Assembly (NCBI GenBank): GCA_000092065.1
Contig: CP000585.1
Origin: Ostreococcus lucimarinus
Taxonomy: Eukaryota
DNA: 64,000 nt
Strand: one strand, 5' to 3'
In this document: piece by piece, positions 27,379 through 37,284 of the stretch
Position numbering within the stretch: the stretch's first letter is position 1
Layout: each line of letters starts with the position of its first letter
The notes under the pieces: generated by a model
Told to the model about the DNA's origin: nothing
The model's input: the letters and a program-made list of their open reading frames with translations, nothing else
Database searches by the model: none
Program-made: the position numbers and the translations under genes

Positions 27379-29241
27379 ATGGAACGCATCGCGAGCCTGG
27401 ACGCGACGAACGCGACGAACGCGACGACGACGGAGGCGACTGGCGATGGTGAACGAACGATGGTGATGCTGGTCGATCGATACGCGCCCGAGGACGCGAA
27501 CGCGCTGACGACGCCGACGAAAAAATTGGAGGCGGTGCGAGCGTGGCTCGAACGCGGCGGCGCGCTGTGCGCGAGCGGACCGCCGGGATGCGGGAAGGCG
27601 AGCGCGATCAAGTGCGTGGCGAAAGAGTTTGGATACGAAGTGAGCGAATGGAAAGCGCCGACGCCGACGCTGTGGAGAGAACACGCGCACGCGAGAGGGA
27701 ATGAAAATTATGGGATAGAGTACGCGAGCAAGGTGGACGAGTTCGCGGCGTACGTCGCGCGGGCGACCAAGTACGAACCGTTGTCGTTTTTAAAGCCCAC
27801 GACGAGGGGCGGAAACGGCGCGCGCGGCGCGCGAAATGGAAGTGCGAACGGGACGTCGACGGCGAAAGGAAAGTCGCGAGGCGTGGTGTTGATGGTGCGA
27901 GACATTCCGAGCAGCGACGAGAGCGGACGCGCGCGCGTGCTCGAGGCGATTCGAACGTTAACCACGGCGCGGAACGGACCGCCGTGTGCGGTCGTGCTCA
28001 CGGAAGAAGACGATGGGGGTGGTGGCGGTGGATCGAGCAGTCGAGGAGAGATACTCGCCCGGGACGTGAGAGCGGTGATGGAGCAAGCGGGGGCGACGTG
28101 TATTAATTTCAACGCCACGACGGCGGCGGCGATGACAAAGACGTTGCTGCGCGTGCGCGAGGCTGAGGGATTTGTCATCCCGGATTCGGAAATCGACGCC
28201 ATCGTGCAAGCATCACACGGTGATTTGCGCAGCGCCCTGGGAGCGCTCGAGTTCTGGTGCATGGGAAAGACAAAGCCAGATGCGGCGAAAAAGCCGGCGA
28301 AAAAGGCGCCCAAGCGCAAGCGCGGCGAACCCAAGGAGGCGCCTTCGGAAGCGGCCGTCGCGCGCGCCAAGATGAGCTCCCGCGATCAAGGCCTGGGATT
28401 ATTTCACGCCCTCGGCAAGTTTCTTTACAACAAACGCGAAACCACAGAGGTTATGGAAATTAAAGGCTTTGAAACCATGGACGAATCGTTGCGGCGACCG
28501 CCGGCTCGGTACGATCCCGAGGAAGTCCTCTCGCGCTCTGGCATAGGCGCCGAAACCGCGGTGGGTTTTCTGTTCGAAAACTTTCCAGATTTCATAGATT
28601 CTAGATGCATAGATTGGGTGGCGGCCGGAACGAGATACTTATCGGACGCCGCGATATTGGCTCGAGGAGGCGTTTCGACGTACGGCTTTCGTCGCGGACG
28701 CGAGGACGTGGGCGACGAAGGCGACGGCGCGATCGACCCCAACGTCCTCGGCGAGTACGCCGCCGGTTCGGTGGCGACGCGTGGAGTTTTATTCTCTTCC
28801 AAACGATCCTCCGCGGGCTTTCTCCCCATGCGTGGACCGAGCGCGATGAAAAATGATCGCGCCGCGGCTTCGAACCGCGAGGAAGTCCGCGCCGTCGTCG
28901 CCGCCGCGCACGACGGCGACTTCTCCGTCGGCGGCACGACGACCGCCGCCGCGATCGAGACCCTTCCCGCGTTGCGTTTGATCTCCAGCGCTTCCTCTGC
29001 AGGCGCGGCTTTGGTTCCTTTCCTTCCCGCTCGTTGGCGTTCCGCTCGGGAGGACGACGCCGCGTTTCGCCGTCGCGTCGCCGCCCTCCCTCTTCCCGCC
29101 GCCGCGCCTCTTCCCGCCGCGCTCGCCTCGGGCGTCGCCTTGGCGATCGATCGCGGCGCCAAGGGTGCGCACGCGCCTCCGTTAACCCTGGACGACATCG
29201 ACGATTTAGAGGACGACATCGAGTCCGATTCCGACCCCTGA
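27379..29241 (+). CDS. RAD17: Checkpoint clamp-loader subunit RAD17/Rad24 (AAA+)
   Basis: Walker A CASGPPGCGKAS, sensor SHGDLRSALGALEF, RAD17 signature GLFHALGKFLYNKRE; 620 aa. Confidence 0.8.
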   Translation: MERIASLDATNATNATTTEATGDGERTMVMLVDRYAPEDANALTTPTKKLEAVRAWLERGGALCASGPPGCGKASAIKCVAKEFGYEVSEWKAPTPTLWREHAHARGNENYGIEYASKVDEFAAYVARATKYEPLSFLKPTTRGGNGARGARNGSANGTSTAKGKSRGVVLMVRDIPSSDESGRARVLEAIRTLTTARNGPPCAVVLTEEDDGGGGGGSSSRGEILARDVRAVMEQAGATCINFNATTAAAMTKTLLRVREAEGFVIPDSEIDAIVQASHGDLRSALGALEFWCMGKTKPDAAKKPAKKAPKRKRGEPKEAPSEAAVARAKMSSRDQGLGLFHALGKFLYNKRETTEVMEIKGFETMDESLRRPPARYDPEEVLSRSGIGAETAVGFLFENFPDFIDSRCIDWVAAGTRYLSDAAILARGGVSTYGFRRGREDVGDEGDGAIDPNVLGEYAAGSVATRGVLFSSKRSSAGFLPMRGPSAMKNDRAAASNREEVRAVVAAAHDGDFSVGGTTTAAAIETLPALRLISSASSAGAALVPFLPARWRSAREDDAAFRRRVAALPLPAAAPLPAALASGVALAIDRGAKGAHAPPLTLDDIDDLEDDIESDSDP

Positions 29242-29391
29242 GCGTCCCGCGAATGCAACCAAAAGATGAAACCAAAGCCGCGCCGCCGCCGACGGTGACG
29301 CGACATCGCGTCGCGTCGCGTCGCGTCTCGTCTCGCCGTCGTCGCGCCCGACGACCGCGCGCGGCTTCGAGGACGCGCGCGCGGATCCGCG

Positions 29392-30663
29392 ATGGAGTTC
29401 AGGCCGTACGTCACGCCCGAGCGCGGCGCGTGCGGCGGCGTCGTCGCGCGCGTCGCGTTGCTGTCGCTCGGCGGCGCGCTCGGATTCATCACCTTCGTGC
29501 TCGCCGCGTACGCGGTGAGCGAGACGCGCGCGATGCGAGACGAGATGGAAGCGAACCGCGCGCACCCGTTCTTAACCCTGGGACGCGTCAAGGCGGGATA
29601 CGCGGGCGCGAGCGCGTATCGAGGCGCGGGATCGTGGCACGATCAAAAGCCCATGCCGAACATCTCGGGGATCTCGGGCGTGAGCGATTTACAAGCCGTG
29701 ACGGGTAATCACGGTAACGTGTACCTGTTCGGCGGAATCGACACCGCGGGAACCGTGCTCGATCGGGTGTTGGAGTACGACGTGATTCGTCAGACGTACG
29801 CCACGAAGCTGCCGCTCGACGACGCGCGGGCGCGCTTCGGCGCGGGCGCGCTCACGAGTGCTTCGACGGGACTCGTCGATCGAATCGTCGTCGCGGGCGG
29901 CGTCGATTCGACTCAAAACGCGATTAAAACGGCCGAGTATTACGATCTCTCTACTGGTCGTTCCGCGGCGCCGGGCCTGAGCTACGATCACATGGACGGT
30001 TGCATGGCGAGCACCGGCGACGCCGTCTACATGATGGGCGGCTGGAGAGCGGTTGGATACGATTGGTTCAGCGTTTCTAAGGTTGAAAAGCTCACCCGTA
30101 CTGGCACCGCGTGGGAAACTATGGCCGACATGCCCTCCCCACGCGGTGACTGCGCCGCCGCTGGTTTGAAAGGCAAGGTGTACGTCGCCGGCGGCTACGA
30201 CGACGCGACTTTCAACCACACCGTGGGTTTCAAAAAGAATCTCTACATGTACGACCCCGCCACGAATACGTGGACGGAAAAGGCACCGATGAAACACGAA
30301 CGCGGCGATCTTCAACTCGTGGCGCTTGACGACACTCTGCTCGCCATCGGCGGGGAAATCAAGCAAGCCCGACCCGACGGTTCGCACGCGAACATTGTCG
30401 CGTCGCACTACGTCGAGGAATACTTTCCCGAAAAGGATCAATGGGAAGAGCGTGCGTACATCGGTAACGCGCGATTCCGATTCGGCGCGGCAAAGTCCGA
30501 CTGGGGCACGCACGTCTTTGGCGGTTCTCCAGTGTGCCTCGACCCGGTGAACGCCAATGTGTACACCTATTGCGACGGCTTGCAAATGAGCAGTCACGAA
30601 GTCTACTTTGAACTCTCTCATCCGGACGTGTGGGTCAACTACGACGCCGCGCACGAGTTCTAA
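29392..30663 (+). CDS. Kelch-repeat beta-propeller protein with N-terminal signal-anchor
   Basis: N-terminal TM VVARVALLSLGGALGFITFVLAAYAV; repeated GG...Y.fGG / W...a.m..pR blades (VYLFGGID, VYMMGGW, VYVAGGYD, LLAIGG, HVFGGS). Confidence 0.7.
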   Translation: MEFRPYVTPERGACGGVVARVALLSLGGALGFITFVLAAYAVSETRAMRDEMEANRAHPFLTLGRVKAGYAGASAYRGAGSWHDQKPMPNISGISGVSDLQAVTGNHGNVYLFGGIDTAGTVLDRVLEYDVIRQTYATKLPLDDARARFGAGALTSASTGLVDRIVVAGGVDSTQNAIKTAEYYDLSTGRSAAPGLSYDHMDGCMASTGDAVYMMGGWRAVGYDWFSVSKVEKLTRTGTAWETMADMPSPRGDCAAAGLKGKVYVAGGYDDATFNHTVGFKKNLYMYDPATNTWTEKAPMKHERGDLQLVALDDTLLAIGGEIKQARPDGSHANIVASHYVEEYFPEKDQWEERAYIGNARFRFGAAKSDWGTHVFGGSPVCLDPVNANVYTYCDGLQMSSHEVYFELSHPDVWVNYDAAHEF

Positions 30664-30902
30664 GAGCTGATTAATTTAAACGATCGGCGAGCACTTGTTT
30701 GTTTTCCTCGTCCGCGCATGGCTCGGCGGCGAGGTGTTGTCTCTTTGGCGTAGACTAGATAGAGATCAACCTTTTTGCACTTCTTTTTTCCCGGCGTCGC
30801 GGTTTCCGCGGCGCGGGATTGTTTCTTTGGCAGTAGATGATACTAGACAGAAACAACTTCTTTAATCTTCCTACATACTTACGAGCTACTCACTAATATC
30901 TA

Positions 30903-32909
30903 TCACGCCGATTCCGCGTACACGACGTACGGCATCGTCCCGAGCGTCACCGGCGACGTCGTCGAATCTCCGACGGCGCCGCGAACGGTGCCCAAACCGA
31001 GATTGTACGTCCCCGCTTTTAACGCGGGAGCGACGCACACGATGCCCGCATCGGCGTTTGCATCCGTGGTCACGAGCGGGGTCCATCCATTGACGACGAT
31101 GGACCCGAAACGACACGACGTCATCGACGTCGCCGCGACGCTATTCCCCAAAGTGAAAACCACACGAGTGCCGCCGTACGTCGGTCCAAGATGCGGCGCT
31201 ATGGAGTGCTGGTACACGAGCGTATTTCCCATGAAGGAATACTTCGGCCCGCTCGCTACGGCGGCTAGACTACTCCCCGCGACGATCACTTGCACGGACG
31301 ACGACACCGTTCCCACGTACGGGGTCTCGCACGCGATGAGCGCGGACGAGACGAACGAGCCGAGCGAAGAGCCGCTCTTGTCCACGCCGAACGAACATCG
31401 CGGCACCGCGCCGTCGCCGGCGCGGACTGTTTCGTGGAAGTTATTCCCCGTGACCCACACCACGGCACCGCCTTCGGATGGACCGCGCGCAGGCGAGACC
31501 GAGGACGTCGTCGGCGTCGCGGTAATCTTCAAAACGACGTCGCTGTCGTGCGGTCGCGACGTCGGCAAATCCCGACCGTGGTAACTCATCATCACCGTCA
31601 CGAATCCCGTGGCGAGCTGATTGTCGTGCAAACACGCGCTGCTCGTACTCGTCGCGGTCTCACCCACACCTTGAGTGACGCAGAGCAAGGATAACGAAAA
31701 CGTCGGATACGGGTCCGCACTCCACGAATACGTCGTCGGAAGCGTACCGCTTTCGCTCGCGGATACCACGCCGTAAAATTCATCGACGACGTCCAAAGTC
31801 GCCCCGGCGCTCTTCTTACCCGAGTTCATCGACGGTACCGCGGCCACCCAAACATCTTTCGACGTCGCGGGCGCCATCGCGGGCGCGATGACTGTGATCG
31901 TGTACGCGTTACTCGCCGAAGCCGCGACGCTAATCGCGCCAAAGCGCACGTACGGCGCTCCGTCGTCCGTAAACATGGCGCCTAAAATCCCCGCCACGGT
32001 GACGTCGACCCCGATCCCCCCAGTCACGTGCGTCGCGTTCTTATCCTTGCTCGTGATCGCGAGCGCGTCCAAATTAATTCGTTCTACGAGCGCCACTCGA
32101 CTCTCTCCGAAGCTGTACATGGACGCCTCCTCCGCGCTCGTCGACGGCGCCGCGAATCGCGGCACTTCGCACATCACGAGCGCGCTCGACACGTACACGC
32201 CCATGCCGGCGTAAGAAACCTCGAACCCTCCGCTCGTCGCCCCTCGCCACTCGCACTCGCGCGCGCGCCCGACGATGTCCGGACTCCCGTCTTTCGGCAG
32301 CGCGTTTCGTCCCGTCAGCCTCGACACGTCGCCCTCCGTCGCCACGTGCGGCGACGACCTCGTCAGCACGCCGTTCATCTCGCGAACAAAGTTCACCACG
32401 CTCGACATTCCGAGCTCGTGAAACAGCACCGCGTCGACGCCACCGTTCGAGCTCAACCCCAACGCGACGAATCCCTCGCGTCCGCTCGGCGTATCGCACC
32501 GCACTCCCGTCGTTCCCGCGATGACGCTCGCGTCGTACGACTCCCCCGGCGACCCCCCGAACACGCATCGCAGCTGTCCCGGCACGCTCGCCGCCGCCGA
32601 GCTCCCGGGCGGAAAGTTCAACCCGAACACATCCACCCCTCCCGTCGTTCCGAGCGACGTCGTCGTCGACGGCACGCCCACCGCCAGCAAACCGACGTCC
32701 GACGCGTGCGTGTATCCTCGCGCGCCGCGTCCTCGCGCGCGCCACCACGCCGCGCACGCCGCGACCGCGCGCGCGTCGAAGCGCCGTCGCGCGCGCGTCC
32801 GCGTCGTCGTCCTCGCCTTCGCTCGCCTCGACCGTCGCGCGTCGTCGACGCGATCGCGCGTCGCGCGCGCGCGTTCGCGCGTCGCCCGCGACCGTTCGTC
32901 CCGCGGCAT
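30903..32909 (-). CDS. Extracellular-type protein with multiple IPT/TIG (Ig-like, plexin/transcription factor) domains
   Basis: Reiterated P..GP..GGT.V.h.G..F units (e.g. ISPARGPSEGGAVVWVTGNNF, IAPHLGPTYGGTRVVFTLGN); the ORF extends upstream to 33986 through low-complexity Arg-rich sequence. ATG 32909 is a guess, and no clean signal peptide is seen. Confidence 0.5.
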   Translation of the reverse strand: MPRDERSRATRERARATRDRVDDARRSRRAKARTTTRTRARRRFDARAVAACAAWWRARGRGARGYTHASDVGLLAVGVPSTTTSLGTTGGVDVFGLNFPPGSSAAASVPGQLRCVFGGSPGESYDASVIAGTTGVRCDTPSGREGFVALGLSSNGGVDAVLFHELGMSSVVNFVREMNGVLTRSSPHVATEGDVSRLTGRNALPKDGSPDIVGRARECEWRGATSGGFEVSYAGMGVYVSSALVMCEVPRFAAPSTSAEEASMYSFGESRVALVERINLDALAITSKDKNATHVTGGIGVDVTVAGILGAMFTDDGAPYVRFGAISVAASASNAYTITVIAPAMAPATSKDVWVAAVPSMNSGKKSAGATLDVVDEFYGVVSASESGTLPTTYSWSADPYPTFSLSLLCVTQGVGETATSTSSACLHDNQLATGFVTVMMSYHGRDLPTSRPHDSDVVLKITATPTTSSVSPARGPSEGGAVVWVTGNNFHETVRAGDGAVPRCSFGVDKSGSSLGSFVSSALIACETPYVGTVSSSVQVIVAGSSLAAVASGPKYSFMGNTLVYQHSIAPHLGPTYGGTRVVFTLGNSVAATSMTSCRFGSIVVNGWTPLVTTDANADAGIVCVAPALKAGTYNLGLGTVRGAVGDSTTSPVTLGTMPYVVYAESA

Positions 32910-32939
32910 CGAATCGAATCGAATCGCGCGCGCGTCGTC

Positions 32940-33390
32940 GTCGTCGCGTCGCGCGTCGTCACCGCGCGCCGTCTCGCGCGTCCGACGCGCGTCGCCGCAT
33001 CGCGCGCGCGCCTCGCGATCGCCGCGGTCGCCGGTCGCGCGCGCGTCCGTGTGCGGGCGCGGCGCCGCGACGTCGCGCGCGAACCGATCGATCGATCGAT
33101 CGATCGATCTCGATCGCGATCGACGCGTCGTCGATCGCGGGTTCGATTCGATCGACGACGCGTCGATCGCGATGGGTTCGATTCGAGCGATCGACGCGCG
33201 CGCGCGATGCCTCGCGATCGCGCGCGATCGCGATCGCGATCGACAGACGACGACGCGACGGACGCGTCGGCGCGAACGACGCGCGACTCGCGCGCGAGGC
33301 ATCGCGCGGGCGATCGCGGCGATCGACGCGGCGCGCGACGCGGCGCGCGACGCGCGGGGACACCGTGAATCGATAATCATCCACGTGTTC
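32940..33390. repeat. Low-complexity palindrome-rich tract (CGATCG, TCGATCGA, GCGATCGC; (GATC)n run at 33084-33125) in the IPT-TIG/CRAL-TRIO divergent spacer
   Basis: Dense nested cgatcg/gatcgatcgatcg motifs, gaatcgaatcgaatcg at 32911-32935. Confidence 0.8.
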
Positions 33391-33395
33391 GCATC

Positions 33396-33595
33396 TTGCG
33401 GATGAGCGCGTCCGTGGCGTCGCCGGAGACGGCGAAGAAACAGCGAGAGGAAGACGCGCAGGCGTTGAAGCGCGCGATGGACGCGGTGGCGAACCCGACG
33501 CGAGTGGAGGCGACGACGGAGACGACGGAGACGACGGAGACGACGGAGACGACGACGAAGGACGCGAGCGAAGAGGCGAAAGAGGACGCGGTGGA

Positions 33596-33633
<38 letters not shown>

Positions 33634-34229
33634 ATGAAACGGAACGACCGCAACAGACGGCGACGGACGAGGACTACGCGCGATTGGATGCGTATTTGAG
33701 TACCGGGTTCGGTTTGGTGCACGCCGACGGGAAAGACGGCGAGGGGCGAACGGTGGTGACGGTGAACGCGACGCGGATTCCGGGCTGGGCCGGCAGCGCG
33801 GATCGCGATAACTCGATGAATCTCATCATCAATACGCTCGAACGCGTGGCGGCGGCTGGGGAGTACGTCGTCGTGGTGTATTTCGGCGACGACGACCGAT
33901 CGAAGGGCGTCGTGCCGACACACTCGCTCAACTGGCTCGGCGACCTCCACGACAAGTTGGCGTACGCGGTGCGGAAAAACGTGCAAAGAATTGTCTTCGT
34001 GAACGCGACGTGGATCATGAGCAGCATCATCTCGTTGACGATGACGTTCGCCACGTCAAAGGCGAGCAAGAAATTCGCGTGGACCAAATCCCTGGACGAC
34101 ATGGACAAGGACACGGGATACAACGTCCACCAAGCGATGTGCGGCGAAAAGTTTCTTGCCTCGGTCGGTAGAAAAGTCGTGTACGCCGAATCCGAAGCCG
34201 CCGCGCCCGCGCCCGCCGCATCGTCGTAA
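33396..34229 (+). CDS. Divergent CRAL-TRIO (CRAL_TRIO_2/BCH-like) domain protein with N-terminal poly-Thr/TTE repeats
   Basis: GRTVVTVNATRIP...EYVVVVYFGDDD...WLGDLHDKL...NVQRIVFVNATWIMSSIISL...KFAWTKSLDDMDK matches the CRAL_TRIO_2 pattern; (TTE)n and T13 run encoded by (GAGACGACG)n/(ACG)n. Confidence 0.5.
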
Positions 34230-34347
34230 ATAGTAGTCGAATTTTAATCGAATGCAAGAGTTGATACTCGTCCACGTCGCGCGCGGCGTTTCGATTTCTC
34301 ATATGAATGGGATTTTATTAATCAATTACGTACGTTAAGGAGGGGTA

Positions 34348-35340
34348 TTACTTCTTCACCGCCTTCAACACGGCGGAGAAATCTTCGTCGTCGCATCCAT
34401 CGCGTCTCGCGCGCTTGTACAACTCGTTCGCCGCGGCGGCGACGGGCATCTCTTGGGCGAGCTCGTCGGCCAACGCGATGGCCAATCGCATATCCTTTTG
34501 CTGGTGCTTGAGCGGGAACGCCGGAGCGAATTTCCCGGCGTTCATCGACGGACCTTTGAGAGCGAACATCGGCGACGCGATGGCGCCCAAAGAGATCACT
34601 TGAAGCAAAGTGTCCGGATCCAAGTCGCACTTTTCCGAAAGCGTCAAGCCTTCGGCGAAGGCGCCCATCATGCTTCCCATGATCATGTTCACCACGAGCT
34701 TCATCTTCGCCCCTTGACCGACTTCGCCCAGGAAGAAATGCGCTTTGCCCATGGTTTCCAGCGGCGCCTGGCACCTTCCGTACAGCGCTTCATCCCCGGC
34801 GCACAAAAAGATGAGCGCGCCGTCCTCGGCGGGTTTCTTCGACCCGCTCACCGGCGCCTCCAAAAATTCCGCCCCCGTCGATCGCACGATCGCCGCAATC
34901 TCGCTCGACGTCTTCGCATCGACCGTGGACACGTCCACGTATCCCTTTCCAGCGCTCAATCCATCCTTCGCCGCGCGCGCCACCGCCAGCGCCGCCTCCG
35001 GCGTGCTCACCATGACGAACGTCACCTCCGCCGCCGCGCACGCCTCGCTCGCGCTCTTCGCCTCGCGCGCGCCCGCCTCGACCACCGGCGCCGTCGCCGC
35101 GCTCGTGCGATTCCACACGATCACCTCGTGTCCCGCGTTCAACAGGTTCTTCGCCATGGGCACGCCCATGATCCCGCATCCCAGAAACGCGATCTTCATC
35201 GCCTTCGTCGACGCGTTCGCGACGCGCGGAGACGCGCGGTTCGCGACGACGCGCGATCGATCGAGCGCGCGTCCGCGCGCGTTCGACGACGCGTTCGAGT
35301 GTGCGCTCGAGTGTGTGCGCGCACCGAGGGCGCACGACAT
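34348..35340 (-). CDS. Beta-hydroxyacid dehydrogenase family: glyoxylate/succinic-semialdehyde reductase or 3-hydroxyisobutyrate dehydrogenase-like, with presequence
   Basis: Rossmann motif KIAFLGCGIMGVPMAKNL, catalytic Lys in the GSKKP block (VSGSKKPAEDGAL), typical HIBADH/GLYR C-terminal helical domain; N-terminal 45 aa Ser/Ala/Arg-rich. Confidence 0.8.
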   Translation of the reverse strand: MSCALGARTHSSAHSNASSNARGRALDRSRVVANRASPRVANASTKAMKIAFLGCGIMGVPMAKNLLNAGHEVIVWNRTSAATAPVVEAGAREAKSASEACAAAEVTFVMVSTPEAALAVARAAKDGLSAGKGYVDVSTVDAKTSSEIAAIVRSTGAEFLEAPVSGSKKPAEDGALIFLCAGDEALYGRCQAPLETMGKAHFFLGEVGQGAKMKLVVNMIMGSMMGAFAEGLTLSEKCDLDPDTLLQVISLGAIASPMFALKGPSMNAGKFAPAFPLKHQQKDMRLAIALADELAQEMPVAAAANELYKRARRDGCDDEDFSAVLKAVKK

Positions 35341-35472
35341 AGTCTGCGGGACGGCGTCCGCGTCCGCCCTCTCGCCGTCGCGTCGTCGTCGACGATGACG
35401 GCGCGCGACGCCGCGATTCGAAACCGCGATGCGTTGAATCGCTCACGCGCGTGATGCGTTACATCTACATCG

Positions 35473-35829
35473 CTAACGCGCCGACCCCTCGAGCTCGTCT
35501 CGCAGGCGCATCTCCAACTCGCGCTTGGCGGCGAGAATCTTCGACACCTCGGAGACCGCGGCGCGGAGCTGGCTCTCGAGCATGGACTTGGCCGTGCGCT
35601 CCGTCGCGAGGTCGCGCTCGAGCTCGGCGACGCGAGCCCTGAGCGCGGAGAGCTCGTCGGGGGCGTCGTCCTTGGACGGACCGGGCATGCCGCCGGTGTA
35701 CGCGCGGGGTGAAGACGCGCGCGCGCCGGCGCGCGCGCTCGATGACGTGGACGCGGCTGTCGACCGACGCGCTCGGTGCGCGTCGGCGCGCGCGGGATTG
35801 GGAGCGAGGGCGACGGAAGACGCGAGCAT
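35473..35829 (-). CDS. Small coiled-coil protein, hypothetical
   Basis: 118-aa ORF; C-terminal half heptad-like LSALRARVAELERDLATERTAKSMLESQLRAAVSEVSKILAAKRELEMRL; could be spurious in GC-rich DNA. Confidence 0.25.
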   Translation of the reverse strand: MLASSVALAPNPARADAHRARRSTAASTSSSARAGARASSPRAYTGGMPGPSKDDAPDELSALRARVAELERDLATERTAKSMLESQLRAAVSEVSKILAAKRELEMRLRDELEGSAR

Positions 35830-35931
35830 GGCGACGCGCGGCGCGCGCTTCGCGCAGTGCGGCGCGCGGGTCGGTTGACGCGGTTTTTTGTTTTTCGTTT
35901 ATACAACATCGTTAGGCGATGATCGCGCGGA

Positions 35932-37020
35932 TTACCTGTTTTCGCTGTAAATCTTGGCACCTTCGGTGGTGAAGTCGGCGTTTTTGAAGTTGAACGTGCG
36001 CACTTTGTGCTTGGCGCCGCCGTAGTTGAGGACGCCGTCGGACACGCCCGTGCCTTCGTATTGTAATAAGCGATCCCACTCTTCAGTTTGCTTGCCGTAA
36101 CGGAACAGAGCGAGAGTGCTCGGGAAGTGCGTGTCGTCGCACACGTTGGCTTCGGCTTGCGCGGACGCCAGCGCTTCGGCTTCATCGCTCGATTGTAAGA
36201 GCGCGCGGCGTCTGCCCGGCGCGTCGAAGCAGGTGCTAATCTTCAAGCAGCGGGGAGCGCTCTGCAAGTGCACGGAAATGCGCGAGCCACCGATCAAGGG
36301 TTCGTGGATGAACGCACCCTGCTGATCGGCCAAGTAGCCCCAGCCCTTCTCCGCGCGCTTTTGCCACGCGTGCGTCGCGCTCTCGCTCGCGAGCTCAAAC
36401 GACTGCGCGGCGAGTTCGTCTTTGCAGTCGTCATCCGAGTACAACATTAACCCACTCAAGTCCCACTGGTTGTGCGTCTTACTCGGTGACTCGCTCCCCT
36501 TCAGCGATTCTAATCGCCACCAGTCACCCAATCGCCCCGCCTCCTCGTCTGCCTCGTCTTCGCCGTCCATCAACTCCACCGTAGGTCGTCCCGTCTTCGG
36601 ATCCTTCTTCACGTTGTTGAATTGATGTCTCTCCGTCGGTGAAGACAGCGCGAACTTCGTCACCGCGTCTCGCGTCGCCGGATTTACCATCGTGTACACC
36701 AACAACGCCATGCTTGCGATCAACAAGATCGAACTCGCGAGATTACACCGGCAAAACACATTCGTCGAGTTGGCGTTTTGCTTCGCCTCCTCCGAGGAGT
36801 CGAATATATCATCCACGAGATCGCTCTCGTCCGCGTCGACGCCAGGTCCGATCTCCACATCTTTCTGTTGTTCGTACGCACCCACGGCGTGCGCGGGCGG
36901 GGCGTCAGGGCCGAGAGACGCGAGTAATCGCGCCTTATCGTCATCCTCCAATCCTCCGTCGTCGTCGACGAAACCGCCCTCGTCGTCGTCGTCCACGGTG
37001 AATTGCGCGCGTTTAGACAT
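35932..37020 (-). CDS. Type II single-pass membrane protein, acidic N-terminus, function unknown
   Basis: 362-aa ORF; acidic N-terminus (DDDDEGGFVDDDGG), one TM ASSILLIASMALLVYTMV, large C-terminal domain. Confidence 0.45.
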   Translation of the reverse strand: MSKRAQFTVDDDDEGGFVDDDGGLEDDDKARLLASLGPDAPPAHAVGAYEQQKDVEIGPGVDADESDLVDDIFDSSEEAKQNANSTNVFCRCNLASSILLIASMALLVYTMVNPATRDAVTKFALSSPTERHQFNNVKKDPKTGRPTVELMDGEDEADEEAGRLGDWWRLESLKGSESPSKTHNQWDLSGLMLYSDDDCKDELAAQSFELASESATHAWQKRAEKGWGYLADQQGAFIHEPLIGGSRISVHLQSAPRCLKISTCFDAPGRRRALLQSSDEAEALASAQAEANVCDDTHFPSTLALFRYGKQTEEWDRLLQYEGTGVSDGVLNYGGAKHKVRTFNFKNADFTTEGAKIYSENR

Positions 37021-37284
37021 CGGCCTCGCGTGCGCGAAAGTAGTTTCTTCTCAACCGTCCGTTCGAGCGTCCGCGTGTCGCTCGCACGCGTCAACGTCTG
37101 CGGCGAGATCGCGGTCCGATGCGATCCACACGAGGTGGCGCCGAGACTCGCGGCGCGTTGACAGAGGCGGACGCGGCGTCGATCGTCGAGGCGGAACGCG
37201 GCGGCGGGGATTACCGTGAAGTAATGACGGTAAAGTAATGAAAAATAATCAATAATGACAACACGGAGAGAACGACGCGCGCAC

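Noticed and set aside
26766-27611. Upstream 280-aa extension of the GDSL esterase ORF
   Set aside because: Arg-rich low complexity reaching into the RAD17 start region on the opposite strand; the GDSL domain begins right after ATG 26765.
28425-29591. 388-aa antisense ORF overlapping the RAD17 coding region, and many similar long ORFs on the strand opposite to confirmed genes (e.g. 9042-9725, 18801-20282, 32028-33368, 34453-35454, 15563-16834, 40671-41420, 52080-52835)
   Set aside because: Arg/Ala/Pro-rich low-complexity translations with no motifs; expected from ~65% GC with few stop codons. The sense-strand genes have strong family signatures.
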